A DNA stretch of 64,000 nt from a virus, in the IMG/VR virus record IMGVR_UViG_3300021962_000025, positions 64,001 to 128,000 of that record. The stretch is one strand, 5' to 3'. The notes beneath the pieces were generated by a model. The model saw only the letters and a list, made by a program, of their open reading frames with translations. It ran no database searches and had not been told where the DNA came from. Positions 9,285 to 18,278 of the stretch are shown here, one piece after another (position 1 is the stretch's first letter; each line of letters opens with the position of its first letter). The position numbers and the translations under genes are program-made.

Positions 9285-9349
9285 TTATTGTAACAAGACT
9301 AACTACCCAACTAAGGGTAAGCTAATGTGTCACTTGAATAATAATTTAT

Positions 9350-12241
9350 ATGAAAGAAATAATCTCTCAAGAAGTAATTGAGGAGTTCCTTAATGGTGGT
9401 GACCCCGAAGAATTTATTATAGGGTTAGAGTACGAATATAGTACTAATACAATTTACAAAATTATACAACACCCTGAAAAGGGTAAGATCATAAGATCTG
9501 ATAAACTCACTCCATTTTTATGGGTTAGCGATATAAGCTCATTAAATTTTTATGGTGGGAGTAAATCCATGCAACGTAAAAAAATGATGGAGTTCGGGAT
9601 TACCATAGACAAGTTAGATACTGCGGGTAATGAACGATTAGAAAACGGATACAACTTTTTAGTAAAGAGTAGTAAGGGTTATAAAGAACTTTTAGGTTTT
9701 TTCCGTCAAGGTGGAATTAACCCATGGGATGAGAAAGTAAAAGACCATTTTATTCTCTTAAACCCGAAAGAACAATATCTTATTCAAAAAGAAAAAAGAC
9801 TCTTCAAGGGTATTGAGGAGTATGAGGACGTTCATCGTTTAGTCTTCGATATTGAGACCACGGGTTTAGATCCTGAAGTCGATAAGATTATTCTTATTGG
9901 AATGAAGGATAATCGTGGTTTTTTAAAAATTATAAATGCGTTCGGTGACGATGGTGAAAAAAACTGTATAATTGAGTTTTTTGAACATCTTAGGGAACTG
10001 AAACCCACAATATTTGCGGGATATAACTCAGCATTCTTCGATTTCCCCTTCATCTTAAAAAGGGCACAGATATTAGGGGTAAATGTTGAAGACCATACTA
10101 AGGTCTTTGTTGATCAAGGGATGAAAGAAAGGGAGGGTATGTTAAAACTTGCCAATGAGGTTGAGACATATACCCAACACATGATTTGGGGTATGAATAT
10201 TCTTGATATCGCCCACTCGGTTCGTAGAGCACAAGCAATTAACTCAGAAATTAAGTCTTGGGGGTTGAAATATATCACCAAATATCTTGGTGCCGAAAAG
10301 GATAATCGAGTTTATGTGGATGGGGCTTGGATCTCTAAAATTTATTTAGAAAATGAAAGTTACTACCTGAACCCAAAAACAGGCGGATATAAAAAAATAG
10401 GTGAAAAGGGAACTGAAGGTCTCTTAGAGAAATATCCGGGTAAGTTTGAGGTTTGGACGGGACGTAAAATTGTGGAACAATACTTGGACGATGACTTATA
10501 TGAAACTATGGTTGTTGATGAGTCATTCAGTCAATCAACGTTCCTTCTCTCAAAGTTAGTTCCCACAACGTATGAGAGAATCTCGACCATGGGTACCGCA
10601 ACCTTGTGGAAATTGATCATGTTAGCGTGGTCATATAAACATGGTTTGTCAATTCCAGAAAAACAAGACAGAAGAGCAATCACGGGAGGATTGTCCCGAC
10701 TATTAACTGTTGGTTACTCCACTAATGTTGTTAAGTTTGACTACTCTTCTCTATATCCATCTATTCAGTTGGTTTATGATGTATTCCCCGAATGTGATGT
10801 TATGGGGGTACAGAAATCGATGTTAAAATATTTCCGTGATGTACGTATAAAGTATAAAAAATTAGCGGGTCAGTATAAAAAGACAGATCCCGAATTGGCG
10901 GAGAAGTATGATCGAAAACAATTACCTATTAAAATCTTTATTAACGCCTACTTTGGGTCTCTTTCAGCACCTCACGTTTTTCATTGGGGTGATATGGACA
11001 TGGGTGAAACAATTACATGTGTCGGTAGACAATGTTTACGTATGATGATTATGTTCTTTAAAGAACGTGGTTATAAGGCATTGGTTATGGATACTGATGG
11101 TGTAAACTTCTCATGTCCACCCAATGTAGATGAAAGACAATATATTGGTAAGGGTTTAAATGAGTTGGTTGAAAAAGGTAAGGTATATACAGGGGCAGAA
11201 GCAGACACCGCGGAATTCAATGATATATTCATGAGAAATGAAATGGGGTTGGATATTGATTATGTTGCCCCATCCACTGTAAATGTTGCCCGTAAAAACT
11301 ATGTACTTAAAAAACCAACAGGAGGTTTGAAATTAACAGGTAACACCATTAAGTCTAAGAATCTTCATGGTTATATTGTTGACTTTTTAGATGAAAGTTT
11401 AAAAATACTATTAGACGGTGATGGTTACGAGTTCTTAGAGATTTACTACAAGTATATTGATAGGATTTTTAATAAGGATATTCCTTTGGCCAAAATTGCT
11501 AATAAATCAAGGGTTAAGCAGTCGATCGATGATTATAAAAAACATATGAAAAAAAGAACTAAAAGTGGTTCTTTAATGTCTCGACAGGCACATATGGAAT
11601 TAATTTTAGAAAACAATTATCCCGCGGGTCTCGGGGAGACAATCTATTACGTAAATAATGGTACGAAAAAGGGGGATGGTGACGTACAAAAAATAACTAA
11701 ACCAACTAAAAAGTTCCAACAAGAGTATTTTGAGGAGTTCGGTACTGAAGTTCCCAAGGACTATGTAAAGGTTAATTGTTTTATGATCACAGAAAAGGAA
11801 TTGGAGGAAAACCCAAACCTTAAAGGTGATTATAACGTTGCCAGGTATATAAGTACCTTTAACAAACGTATCGAACCTTTATTGGTGGTTTTTCATCCCG
11901 ACATTAGGGAGGATATTTTAATCGAAGACCCATCAAATAGACCATTCTTTACTAAAACCCAATGTGAATTAGTTAGTGGTTATCCCATGAAGGAGGATGG
12001 TCAGGACAAATTTGATGAAGTAATGACACTATCGGATAGTGAAGTTTTATTTTGGAATAAGGTTAAACGAGACCCATACTTTATGTACTTAGAAGACAGT
12101 ATAAAACATGTCGACCCTTATTGGGTTGAAGTAAACAGGGATGTGGTTAGTTTTAAAAGACCAAGTACTGTGTCAAATTCGGATGAGATTATTGAAAAGA
12201 ACAGACACGATTATGCGGAACACACTGATTATGGTGATTAG
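9350..12241 (+). CDS. polB: Family B DNA polymerase with 3'-5' exonuclease
   Basis: Exo motifs FDIETTG, GYNSAFFDFPFI, YLDDDL. Polymerase motifs DYSSLYPSI, KIFINAYFG, MDTDG. Confidence 0.95.
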   Translation: MKEIISQEVIEEFLNGGDPEEFIIGLEYEYSTNTIYKIIQHPEKGKIIRSDKLTPFLWVSDISSLNFYGGSKSMQRKKMMEFGITIDKLDTAGNERLENGYNFLVKSSKGYKELLGFFRQGGINPWDEKVKDHFILLNPKEQYLIQKEKRLFKGIEEYEDVHRLVFDIETTGLDPEVDKIILIGMKDNRGFLKIINAFGDDGEKNCIIEFFEHLRELKPTIFAGYNSAFFDFPFILKRAQILGVNVEDHTKVFVDQGMKEREGMLKLANEVETYTQHMIWGMNILDIAHSVRRAQAINSEIKSWGLKYITKYLGAEKDNRVYVDGAWISKIYLENESYYLNPKTGGYKKIGEKGTEGLLEKYPGKFEVWTGRKIVEQYLDDDLYETMVVDESFSQSTFLLSKLVPTTYERISTMGTATLWKLIMLAWSYKHGLSIPEKQDRRAITGGLSRLLTVGYSTNVVKFDYSSLYPSIQLVYDVFPECDVMGVQKSMLKYFRDVRIKYKKLAGQYKKTDPELAEKYDRKQLPIKIFINAYFGSLSAPHVFHWGDMDMGETITCVGRQCLRMMIMFFKERGYKALVMDTDGVNFSCPPNVDERQYIGKGLNELVEKGKVYTGAEADTAEFNDIFMRNEMGLDIDYVAPSTVNVARKNYVLKKPTGGLKLTGNTIKSKNLHGYIVDFLDESLKILLDGDGYEFLEIYYKYIDRIFNKDIPLAKIANKSRVKQSIDDYKKHMKKRTKSGSLMSRQAHMELILENNYPAGLGETIYYVNNGTKKGDGDVQKITKPTKKFQQEYFEEFGTEVPKDYVKVNCFMITEKELEENPNLKGDYNVARYISTFNKRIEPLLVVFHPDIREDILIEDPSNRPFFTKTQCELVSGYPMKEDGQDKFDEVMTLSDSEVLFWNKVKRDPYFMYLEDSIKHVDPYWVEVNRDVVSFKRPSTVSNSDEIIEKNRHDYAEHTDYGD

Positions 12242-13356
12242 ATCATAGTAAACGGTGATTGCATTGGTCTGAACTTCATTGCCTTATTAAGGTTTTCGGC
12301 CTCCGCTCCTTTTCTTTCTAACATTTTGTCAGGACGTAATCTTTCTAATCGGTTCATTAATTCCTCAATGAGTTTAAGTTTTTCATCTTTACCTTCTGTA
12401 AGTAATGATGAGTAATCTAACTTAATCTGACTATCAGGAACTTGTAGATCTCCTGAAAATTTTGAATATATTCTACCTAAACCTTCTTTAGAATATGCAA
12501 TAAGATATTTTCTAACCCAATTCTGTGCGGGTTTGTTAAGTGTTTCCCATGTAAGTTCTTCTGTTGCGATATCTGAAGGTAGTTTGACGATGTCTTTATT
12601 TTTTGCTAAACAATCATCCCTATCATTCGTATCGTAATACCAATACCAAACATAGTAATTATGTTGTTGGATAGAACCGAAATCAAAACGACCCCCAGGA
12701 ACGTTTGCTAGGTGAACTAATTTTTTACCTTCAGGTAATGCGGTAATACGATAAGTCAATTCTCCACCGATCAAACGGTTTTTAATATTCCTATCCTGCA
12801 TTCTCGCCAATAAATCATAGGCGGGTAACATAAAATAAGAACCCGATGTTCCCATCTGAGCAAAACCACCCACACCACCGAATCCAACACCACCAAGACC
12901 TCCAAAACCACCTAAGAATGGATCGACAATAGAATCAGTAAGTTCGGCTCTCGTAAACCACAGTAACTCATTGATTTCACGACCCGCAGGGATCTCATAT
13001 GTTTGTTGATTAGGGACAAGTTCAATTTTATCTTTTTTCAGTACAGAATCACCACCGGTTTGTAGACCAACAATTTTAGAATATGCATGAGAATATTGTG
13101 TCTCATAATCCAAAGATCTTGTTGTGAATGCTCTTGTTAATGATTGAGTGTCAACGTCTAACCCAGCTAAAGACGACCATTGTGATTCTATCAACCAATC
13201 ACTAACGTATTGTTCATATTCGTCGAGGGCTAACTCGAGGAATGTGTCCATCTGTTCTTCGGTCAGTTCGACTGACCTAATCGGCATCCCTAAAAGATGT
13301 AAAACTTGGGAATACAGCTTCTCTTTGTTGGTGGGTGTTATAATTGTACTTGCCAT
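12238..13356 (-). CDS. Neck / head-tail adaptor protein (T4 gp13-like)
   Basis: LGMPIRSVELTEEQMDTFLELALDEY is the characteristic gp13-type N-terminal motif. C-terminal YSKFSGDLQVP...LLTEGKDEKLKLIEEL also fits. Confidence 0.75.
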   Translation of the reverse strand: MASTIITPTNKEKLYSQVLHLLGMPIRSVELTEEQMDTFLELALDEYEQYVSDWLIESQWSSLAGLDVDTQSLTRAFTTRSLDYETQYSHAYSKIVGLQTGGDSVLKKDKIELVPNQQTYEIPAGREINELLWFTRAELTDSIVDPFLGGFGGLGGVGFGGVGGFAQMGTSGSYFMLPAYDLLARMQDRNIKNRLIGGELTYRITALPEGKKLVHLANVPGGRFDFGSIQQHNYYVWYWYYDTNDRDDCLAKNKDIVKLPSDIATEELTWETLNKPAQNWVRKYLIAYSKEGLGRIYSKFSGDLQVPDSQIKLDYSSLLTEGKDEKLKLIEELMNRLERLRPDKMLERKGAEAENLNKAMKFRPMQSPFTMI

Positions 13357-13358
13357 AC

Positions 13359-13389
13359 TTGATTTATTATTATAAATAGTTTATATTTG
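13359..13389 (+). promoter_or_regulatory. Bacteroidota sigma-A-type promoter for ORF 13409
   Basis: TTG (13359-13361), 20-nt spacer, TATATTTG (13382-13389). Confidence 0.6.
13371..13378 (-). promoter_or_regulatory. Putative late promoter motif TATTTATA (minus strand, neck gene)
   Basis: 14 nt before the ATG at 13356. Its orientation follows the gene. Confidence 0.55.
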
Positions 13390-13408
13390 TAAAAACAGTT
13401 AGAATATA

Positions 13409-14515
13409 TTGTCACTTTCAAACAAAATATTAGAGAACATTCGAAAAACAGGAACCTTAAATGAGAGTGCTGTAAAGTCTATTTTTGTTATCAATAAATC
13501 GAATTCGAACTATTTTATAGGTAAAATAAATTCCATATTCAAAAAACACGATTTCACTTCGTATCCCGAATATAAGTGGGATGTGAATTTGGGGATGAAA
13601 AGAAATCGACATAGCAATGAGTGTAAGTACGGTGTGTGGGTTTTTTTACGTAATGAGTGGAGGTGGTCATGGATAAATACGTTTGAGACCAACTACTCAG
13701 CCATTCACAGCCTAATAGAACATTTTAACAAAACTGAATTTGGTTTATCTCAACCCTTAACCTATTATAATTTAGAGAATAATTTTATTAAAGAATGTAA
13801 TAGGTTATTACTTTATATATATAACAACACTTCTGAAGTTTTTGGGTTTGGGGGTCCCACGGATATCTCCGTAACTTTACAGATAATTACCGCCAATACT
13901 TGGTATAAAAGTAAATTCTCCGAAATAGCGTTTATTAGGGAATTCAATACCACAAATGAAAAGGTATTCGTACCAAAGAATAGGGGTAATGGGGATGACT
14001 ATATGAACGGGATTGATTTTTTAATAGGGGATATCACTTTCCAACATAAAAAAGACAAGGTAGAATTTGTTGAGGATTCGTGTATCTTATATTCCTCAAA
14101 TCTACATAAGTCGAAACATGAAAAAGTCAATAGGTTTGTCTATGAGTTTGGCGAATCCATTTATCTTTTCGACACTACAAATATATATGACCCAAGTATT
14201 GTAGAGTATAGTGATAGGATGGTCATCCCAAATGATAGATTATTGGGAGTATTTGACGTGACCGCAGATCATTTGGTTTCTATTTGTAGGAAAATATTCA
14301 AATTCTGTATAAATAATGGGTTTACCTTTGAGATGTTTGATTCTGAGGAACCCTACATTGATTTAGATGAAAAGGATAGATCTGTCATCATAGGTTTCAA
14401 TGGGGCTGATTTAGACCCAATATCAACAGAATTGACGAAGTGTTTAGATCATTTAATGTTCTTAACTAATTCAGATGCGAAACTTTCTGAATATTCTCCG
14501 TCACCCATAACCTGA
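13409..14515 (+). CDS. Hypothetical protein with a candidate PD-(D/E)xK nuclease motif
   Basis: 368-aa ORF with a TTG start, 19 nt after a sigma-A -7 box. DDYMNGIDFLIGDITFQHK (13994-14050) fits the D...GID...QxK variant. Its 3' end overlaps the helicase 3' end by 67 nt. Confidence 0.45.
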   Translation: MSLSNKILENIRKTGTLNESAVKSIFVINKSNSNYFIGKINSIFKKHDFTSYPEYKWDVNLGMKRNRHSNECKYGVWVFLRNEWRWSWINTFETNYSAIHSLIEHFNKTEFGLSQPLTYYNLENNFIKECNRLLLYIYNNTSEVFGFGGPTDISVTLQIITANTWYKSKFSEIAFIREFNTTNEKVFVPKNRGNGDDYMNGIDFLIGDITFQHKKDKVEFVEDSCILYSSNLHKSKHEKVNRFVYEFGESIYLFDTTNIYDPSIVEYSDRMVIPNDRLLGVFDVTADHLVSICRKIFKFCINNGFTFEMFDSEEPYIDLDEKDRSVIIGFNGADLDPISTELTKCLDHLMFLTNSDAKLSEYSPSPIT

Positions 14516-16200
14516 TCGATAATATTTTTCTTTTTTTGTAGGATATTATACACTGTCATCTCAATAGTGTTCTCAAATACTGGGTAGTAAACGAGGACAC
14601 TATTTTTTTGTCCATACCTATACGCCCTATCTTCCGCCTGTGAGTGGTCTGCGGGGACAAACGACAAATCATTCATTATAACGACATCTGCGGCGGTCAA
14701 AGTAATTCCTACACCTGCGGCTTTAATGTTACCAATGAATATTTTTATCTTATCGTCGTTTTGGAATCTATCGACAGCGTCTTGTCTTCTATCTTTAGAA
14801 AGACGACCATCTAGAACAACAGATTTCTTTTTATATTTTTCATGTAACATATCTAATGACATGGTAAAATTTGTAAATACAATTACTTTCCTGTCTTGTT
14901 CTAAAACTTTATCAATTAACTCACAAGTATGTTCTACTTTTTCTATTGCTATCAACTGTCTTAATTTCATTAATCGATTTAAAGTAACTGTGATAGACTC
15001 TTTCTCTTTATTTTCTTCGGTAATTCTTAAGAATTCGGTTAATTCATCATCATAAAAAGAATTCTTTAATTCCAACCATATGGGGGACACGATTTTTTCA
15101 GGTAGGTCCAAAACATCCGTTTTTAATCTACGTAAAACTATTGCCTTAGTTTGTTCCCGTAATTCGTCCAAGTTACTAGCCCCACTCGTATTCCAAACTT
15201 TTCTACCTCCAACCCTAAATTGGTATCCTTTACAATACCTCATAACATAACTCTTCCAATTTAACGTAAGTGGTGAGTTCATTATCTTTAGAAGATTGTA
15301 GTAGTTAATTGGTCGTGAGGTCATGGGTGTTCCAGTCAATAACCATACTTTAGGTATTTTAGCTAATATGTCATTAAGAAGTTTAGTTCTTTGTGCCTGA
15401 CTATTAGATATATAATGGGCCTCATCCACGATGGCCAAATCAAAACCTTCGTTTACTATAATTTGATATGCTTCGCTGTCTTCACTGTTCTCAGTTGTGT
15501 GGAAATTCTTAAGAATGTCATAGTTGATAATATAATATTTAAATGTGGAACCCCATTTTTTACCCTCAACAATTAAGACATAATCATCTGTATAGTTCTC
15601 AATCTCACGTTTCCAATTAATTTTTAGAGATGCGGGACAGACGATTAAAACTTTTTTCGCACCACTCTCCATTGCGGCAATGACGGTCGAGGTCGTTTTA
15701 CCCAACCCCATGTCATCGGCCAAAATAAAACGATCGTTCGCTAGTAATTTTTCAATTGCTATCTTTTGGTGTTCCATCGGGGGTCGTTTCGAATATTTCG
15801 AATAATCGATCTCCCTGTCTAAGGTCTTTTCTTCTTGTACTATAGACGCTTTGGGTATCCACATCGCGATGGGTTTCATCTCTTTTGTTATATTTCCCCA
15901 CACGTGATATGCCTTATCACTCTCACATAAAAGTTTCTCAACCCAAAGTTGGTCTACGGGTTTCATTAGTAACCTTTCCTCTTGGAGTTTAGTGCCGAAA
16001 TGTTTTGCGATAGTCACATATTTCTTGGCCACTTTAGGTTGGGTTTCCCAAAATTTCAATACATAATCTGATTGGGGACGAGTCAATCCAAAATATTTAT
16101 CGTTTTCGAATCTCCTCTTCCATTCAAGGATTTGGTTATTAGAACCAGTATAACCCGTTACAATTTCTCTTGCCTCTATTTCCGGTATGTTGTTCCCCAT
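14449..16200 (-). CDS. SNF2-family (HARP/SMARCAL1-like) helicase/ATPase
   Basis: LADDMGLGKT (Walker A), IVDEAH (Walker B), LLTGTP, AAGVGITLTAA, QAEDRAYRYGQ. Confidence 0.9.
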   Translation of the reverse strand: MGNNIPEIEAREIVTGYTGSNNQILEWKRRFENDKYFGLTRPQSDYVLKFWETQPKVAKKYVTIAKHFGTKLQEERLLMKPVDQLWVEKLLCESDKAYHVWGNITKEMKPIAMWIPKASIVQEEKTLDREIDYSKYSKRPPMEHQKIAIEKLLANDRFILADDMGLGKTTSTVIAAMESGAKKVLIVCPASLKINWKREIENYTDDYVLIVEGKKWGSTFKYYIINYDILKNFHTTENSEDSEAYQIIVNEGFDLAIVDEAHYISNSQAQRTKLLNDILAKIPKVWLLTGTPMTSRPINYYNLLKIMNSPLTLNWKSYVMRYCKGYQFRVGGRKVWNTSGASNLDELREQTKAIVLRRLKTDVLDLPEKIVSPIWLELKNSFYDDELTEFLRITEENKEKESITVTLNRLMKLRQLIAIEKVEHTCELIDKVLEQDRKVIVFTNFTMSLDMLHEKYKKKSVVLDGRLSKDRRQDAVDRFQNDDKIKIFIGNIKAAGVGITLTAADVVIMNDLSFVPADHSQAEDRAYRYGQKNSVLVYYPVFENTIEMTVYNILQKKKNIIDQVMGDGEYSESFASELVKNIK

Positions 16201-16241
16201 ATATTAAGTTAAATATAAAGAATTCAAATCAATATTTAAAC

Positions 16242-16249
16242 TATTTATT
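16242..16249 (+). promoter_or_regulatory. Putative late promoter motif TATTTATT
   Basis: 4 nt before the ATG at 16254. Confidence 0.5.
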
Positions 16250-16253
16250 GTAT

Positions 16254-16766
16254 ATGAATAATAAAGTACCTATTACGAGACTGAATAAGTTCTTCTCAAA
16301 CGAAGACTTTGATTTTAATGTTCAATTAGGGGAGGAGTATCTTCACGGTGATTTGAATATGAAGTTGGTTCTTTATCGAGTGGATAGGGAATCTACTGAT
16401 ACCGATGCGGTTTATGCTGAGGTTGGTAAGGACCAAATTAAATTTTTCCCACCAATAGAGTTCAATGCATTAGTTAAAATAGAACAACCCAAAAACAGTT
16501 CATATAAAAATGGAATGGTTAGATATTTGGAGCCAGGTAATTTAACCTTATCAGTCTATATAAAACACCTAAAAGATTTAAATATAGATATACAATATGG
16601 GGATTTTATCGGTTATCCTGAAACAGAAGAAAGAGTAAGATATTATACAGTATCAAATGACGGTAAGGTAACTTCAGATAACACACATAATATGTTTGGT
16701 TTTAAACCATATTATAGGTCAATAATTTGTGTTCCGGCACAAGAAATAGAATTTAGAGGAGTATAA
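16254..16766 (+). CDS. Neck / head-closure protein (T4 gp14-like)
   Basis: The start is reassigned to the ATG at 16254, 4 nt after TATTTATT, because the track's 16170 start overlaps the helicase. The sequence (D..YAE...K.FPPIE..., QYGDFIGY, RYYTV) and its position before the tail terminator fit gp14. Confidence 0.6.
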   Translation: MNNKVPITRLNKFFSNEDFDFNVQLGEEYLHGDLNMKLVLYRVDRESTDTDAVYAEVGKDQIKFFPPIEFNALVKIEQPKNSSYKNGMVRYLEPGNLTLSVYIKHLKDLNIDIQYGDFIGYPETEERVRYYTVSNDGKVTSDNTHNMFGFKPYYRSIICVPAQEIEFRGV

Positions 16767-17998
16767 TGGGATACCCAAAGAAAAAAAACAACATCAGTGT
16801 TTACCAAGGTAAAGAATTGGTGGATAGGAGACAGGAAATTTTAGATAGAATCACTAAGTCCGATTCCTATCTTCCTGATTCTATTCTTCACGATGATTTA
16901 GATTTGGGTATGTTAGACTTCGTAAAAAACAATTTTAATATTGTTTCTGATGGTGATCAGGTTCCCGTCATACCGAAAATTTTAACGATACAAAGATGGG
17001 GGGAATTTACAAATACTTGGAATTTCTCTGATTTAGACGGTAATGCTAAACTTCCCTTTATTGCGGTAATTAGGAGACCTGATGTCCAACCGGGAACTAA
17101 CCCAAGTTTACAGAGGACGATCCCCGATAGACAACAATTCTATTATGCATCAGTACCTACATGGAATGGTACCCAAATGGGTGCTGACATATATAAGATG
17201 CCACAACCTGTTGCCATCGATATTACCTATGAAATTAGTATTGTTTGTACAAAATTCAGAGATTTAAACAAATTTAACCAAGTAGTACTACAAAAATTTT
17301 CATCGAGACAGGCATACACTACGGTTAAAGGACACTATATACCGATTGTTTTAGACACTATTGAAGATAACACCCCTGTTGATTTAGATAGTCGTAGATT
17401 TTATATCCAAAACTATAAGTTTACCTTATTAGGTTTTATTATTGATGATGAGGAGTTTGAGGTAAAACCCGCAGTGAGTAGATTATTCTTGATGAATGAA
17501 TTTATTAAGGGTAATAACTATGAGAAAAAATTCTTTACTAAAAATTTAGAGATTTCTGTTGCCACGTTTACTGCCGATGGATTACAAACAGTGTTCAGTG
17601 TGGGTGAAACAATAGGTATATTATTTAATGTTTCTATTAATGGTCTTGTACAGGAGAGAGATGTTGATTTCTTTCACGTTTCCCTAACATCTAAAATTTC
17701 TTTTGTTGAACCTCCGAGAGAAGGGTCGGTGGTTACAATCACATATTACAAAGGAAGATCAAGTGTTTACGTTGATTCCGAAGGTAACGTAAGACAGGTT
17801 GGAACAGAGTACTTTACTTATGATGGGTTATCTCTTTCATTTATAACGTTAAACAATATTGATAGTGTAATAAGTTTAGACGTAAACGGTCTTATACAAC
17901 AAGAAGGGATCGACTTTGATATCGCCGGTGGGACTGAGATAAAATTAAATGGAACACCTCGTGTTGGGGCAAGAATAGGTGTCACCTATTTATTCTAA
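16766..17998 (+). CDS. Tail terminator/completion protein (gp15-like) with two C-terminal repeated beta domains
   Basis: MPQPVAIDITYEISIV...DLNKFNQVVLQKF...DLDSRRFY is gp15-like. The gene lies upstream of the sheath. Confidence 0.6.
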   Translation: MGYPKKKNNISVYQGKELVDRRQEILDRITKSDSYLPDSILHDDLDLGMLDFVKNNFNIVSDGDQVPVIPKILTIQRWGEFTNTWNFSDLDGNAKLPFIAVIRRPDVQPGTNPSLQRTIPDRQQFYYASVPTWNGTQMGADIYKMPQPVAIDITYEISIVCTKFRDLNKFNQVVLQKFSSRQAYTTVKGHYIPIVLDTIEDNTPVDLDSRRFYIQNYKFTLLGFIIDDEEFEVKPAVSRLFLMNEFIKGNNYEKKFFTKNLEISVATFTADGLQTVFSVGETIGILFNVSINGLVQERDVDFFHVSLTSKISFVEPPREGSVVTITYYKGRSSVYVDSEGNVRQVGTEYFTYDGLSLSFITLNNIDSVISLDVNGLIQQEGIDFDIAGGTEIKLNGTPRVGARIGVTYLF

Positions 17999-18157
17999 TT
18001 ATTCGTCATAAAGGTTCTTTTTTCTATCAGTACAGTTCTGATCAATCCACTTTTCAATTACCTTATATAACTTAAAACCATTTACATCACAATAAGATTT
18101 TAACTTATCATGGTGTTTATCACTGATTTTTACGTTTTTAGTTGTTCGTTTATCCAT
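17999..18157 (-). CDS. 52-aa ribbon-helix-helix DNA-binding protein
   Basis: The start is reassigned to the ATG at 18157, 3 nt after TATTTATC. KNVKIS (beta strand), DKHHDKLKSYCDVNG (helix A) and FKLYKVIEKWIDQN (helix B) follow the Arc/CopG pattern. Confidence 0.65.
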   Translation of the reverse strand: MDKRTTKNVKISDKHHDKLKSYCDVNGFKLYKVIEKWIDQNCTDRKKNLYDE

Positions 18158-18160
18158 AAA

Positions 18161-18168
18161 GATAAATA
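18161..18168 (-). promoter_or_regulatory. Putative late promoter motif TATTTATC (minus strand, RHH gene)
   Basis: 3 nt before the ATG at 18157. Confidence 0.5.
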
Positions 18169-18235
18169 TGGATAAAAAAGGATCTTTAAATATCCCAAAA
18201 TAAAAAAGTAGAGAAATCTTTACTAAAAACAAAGA

Positions 18236-18243
18236 TATTTATA
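18236..18243 (+). promoter_or_regulatory. Putative late promoter motif TATTTATA (sheath)
   Basis: 35 nt before the ATG at 18279. Confidence 0.55.
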
Positions 18244-18278
18244 GTAAAACAATAAAAAAATAATAACTAGAGTAATCG

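Noticed and set aside
16210-16240. Sigma-A promoter for the SNF2 helicase on the minus strand
   Set aside because: TATATTTA has a mismatch and there is no TTG at the 19-21 nt spacing; too weak in AT-rich DNA.
16170-16253. Track start for the gp14-like gene (and extended starts at 18232 and 45196)
   Set aside because: These upstream extensions overlap neighbouring genes or promoter regions. The downstream ATGs (16254, 18157, 45214) sit just after the late motif.
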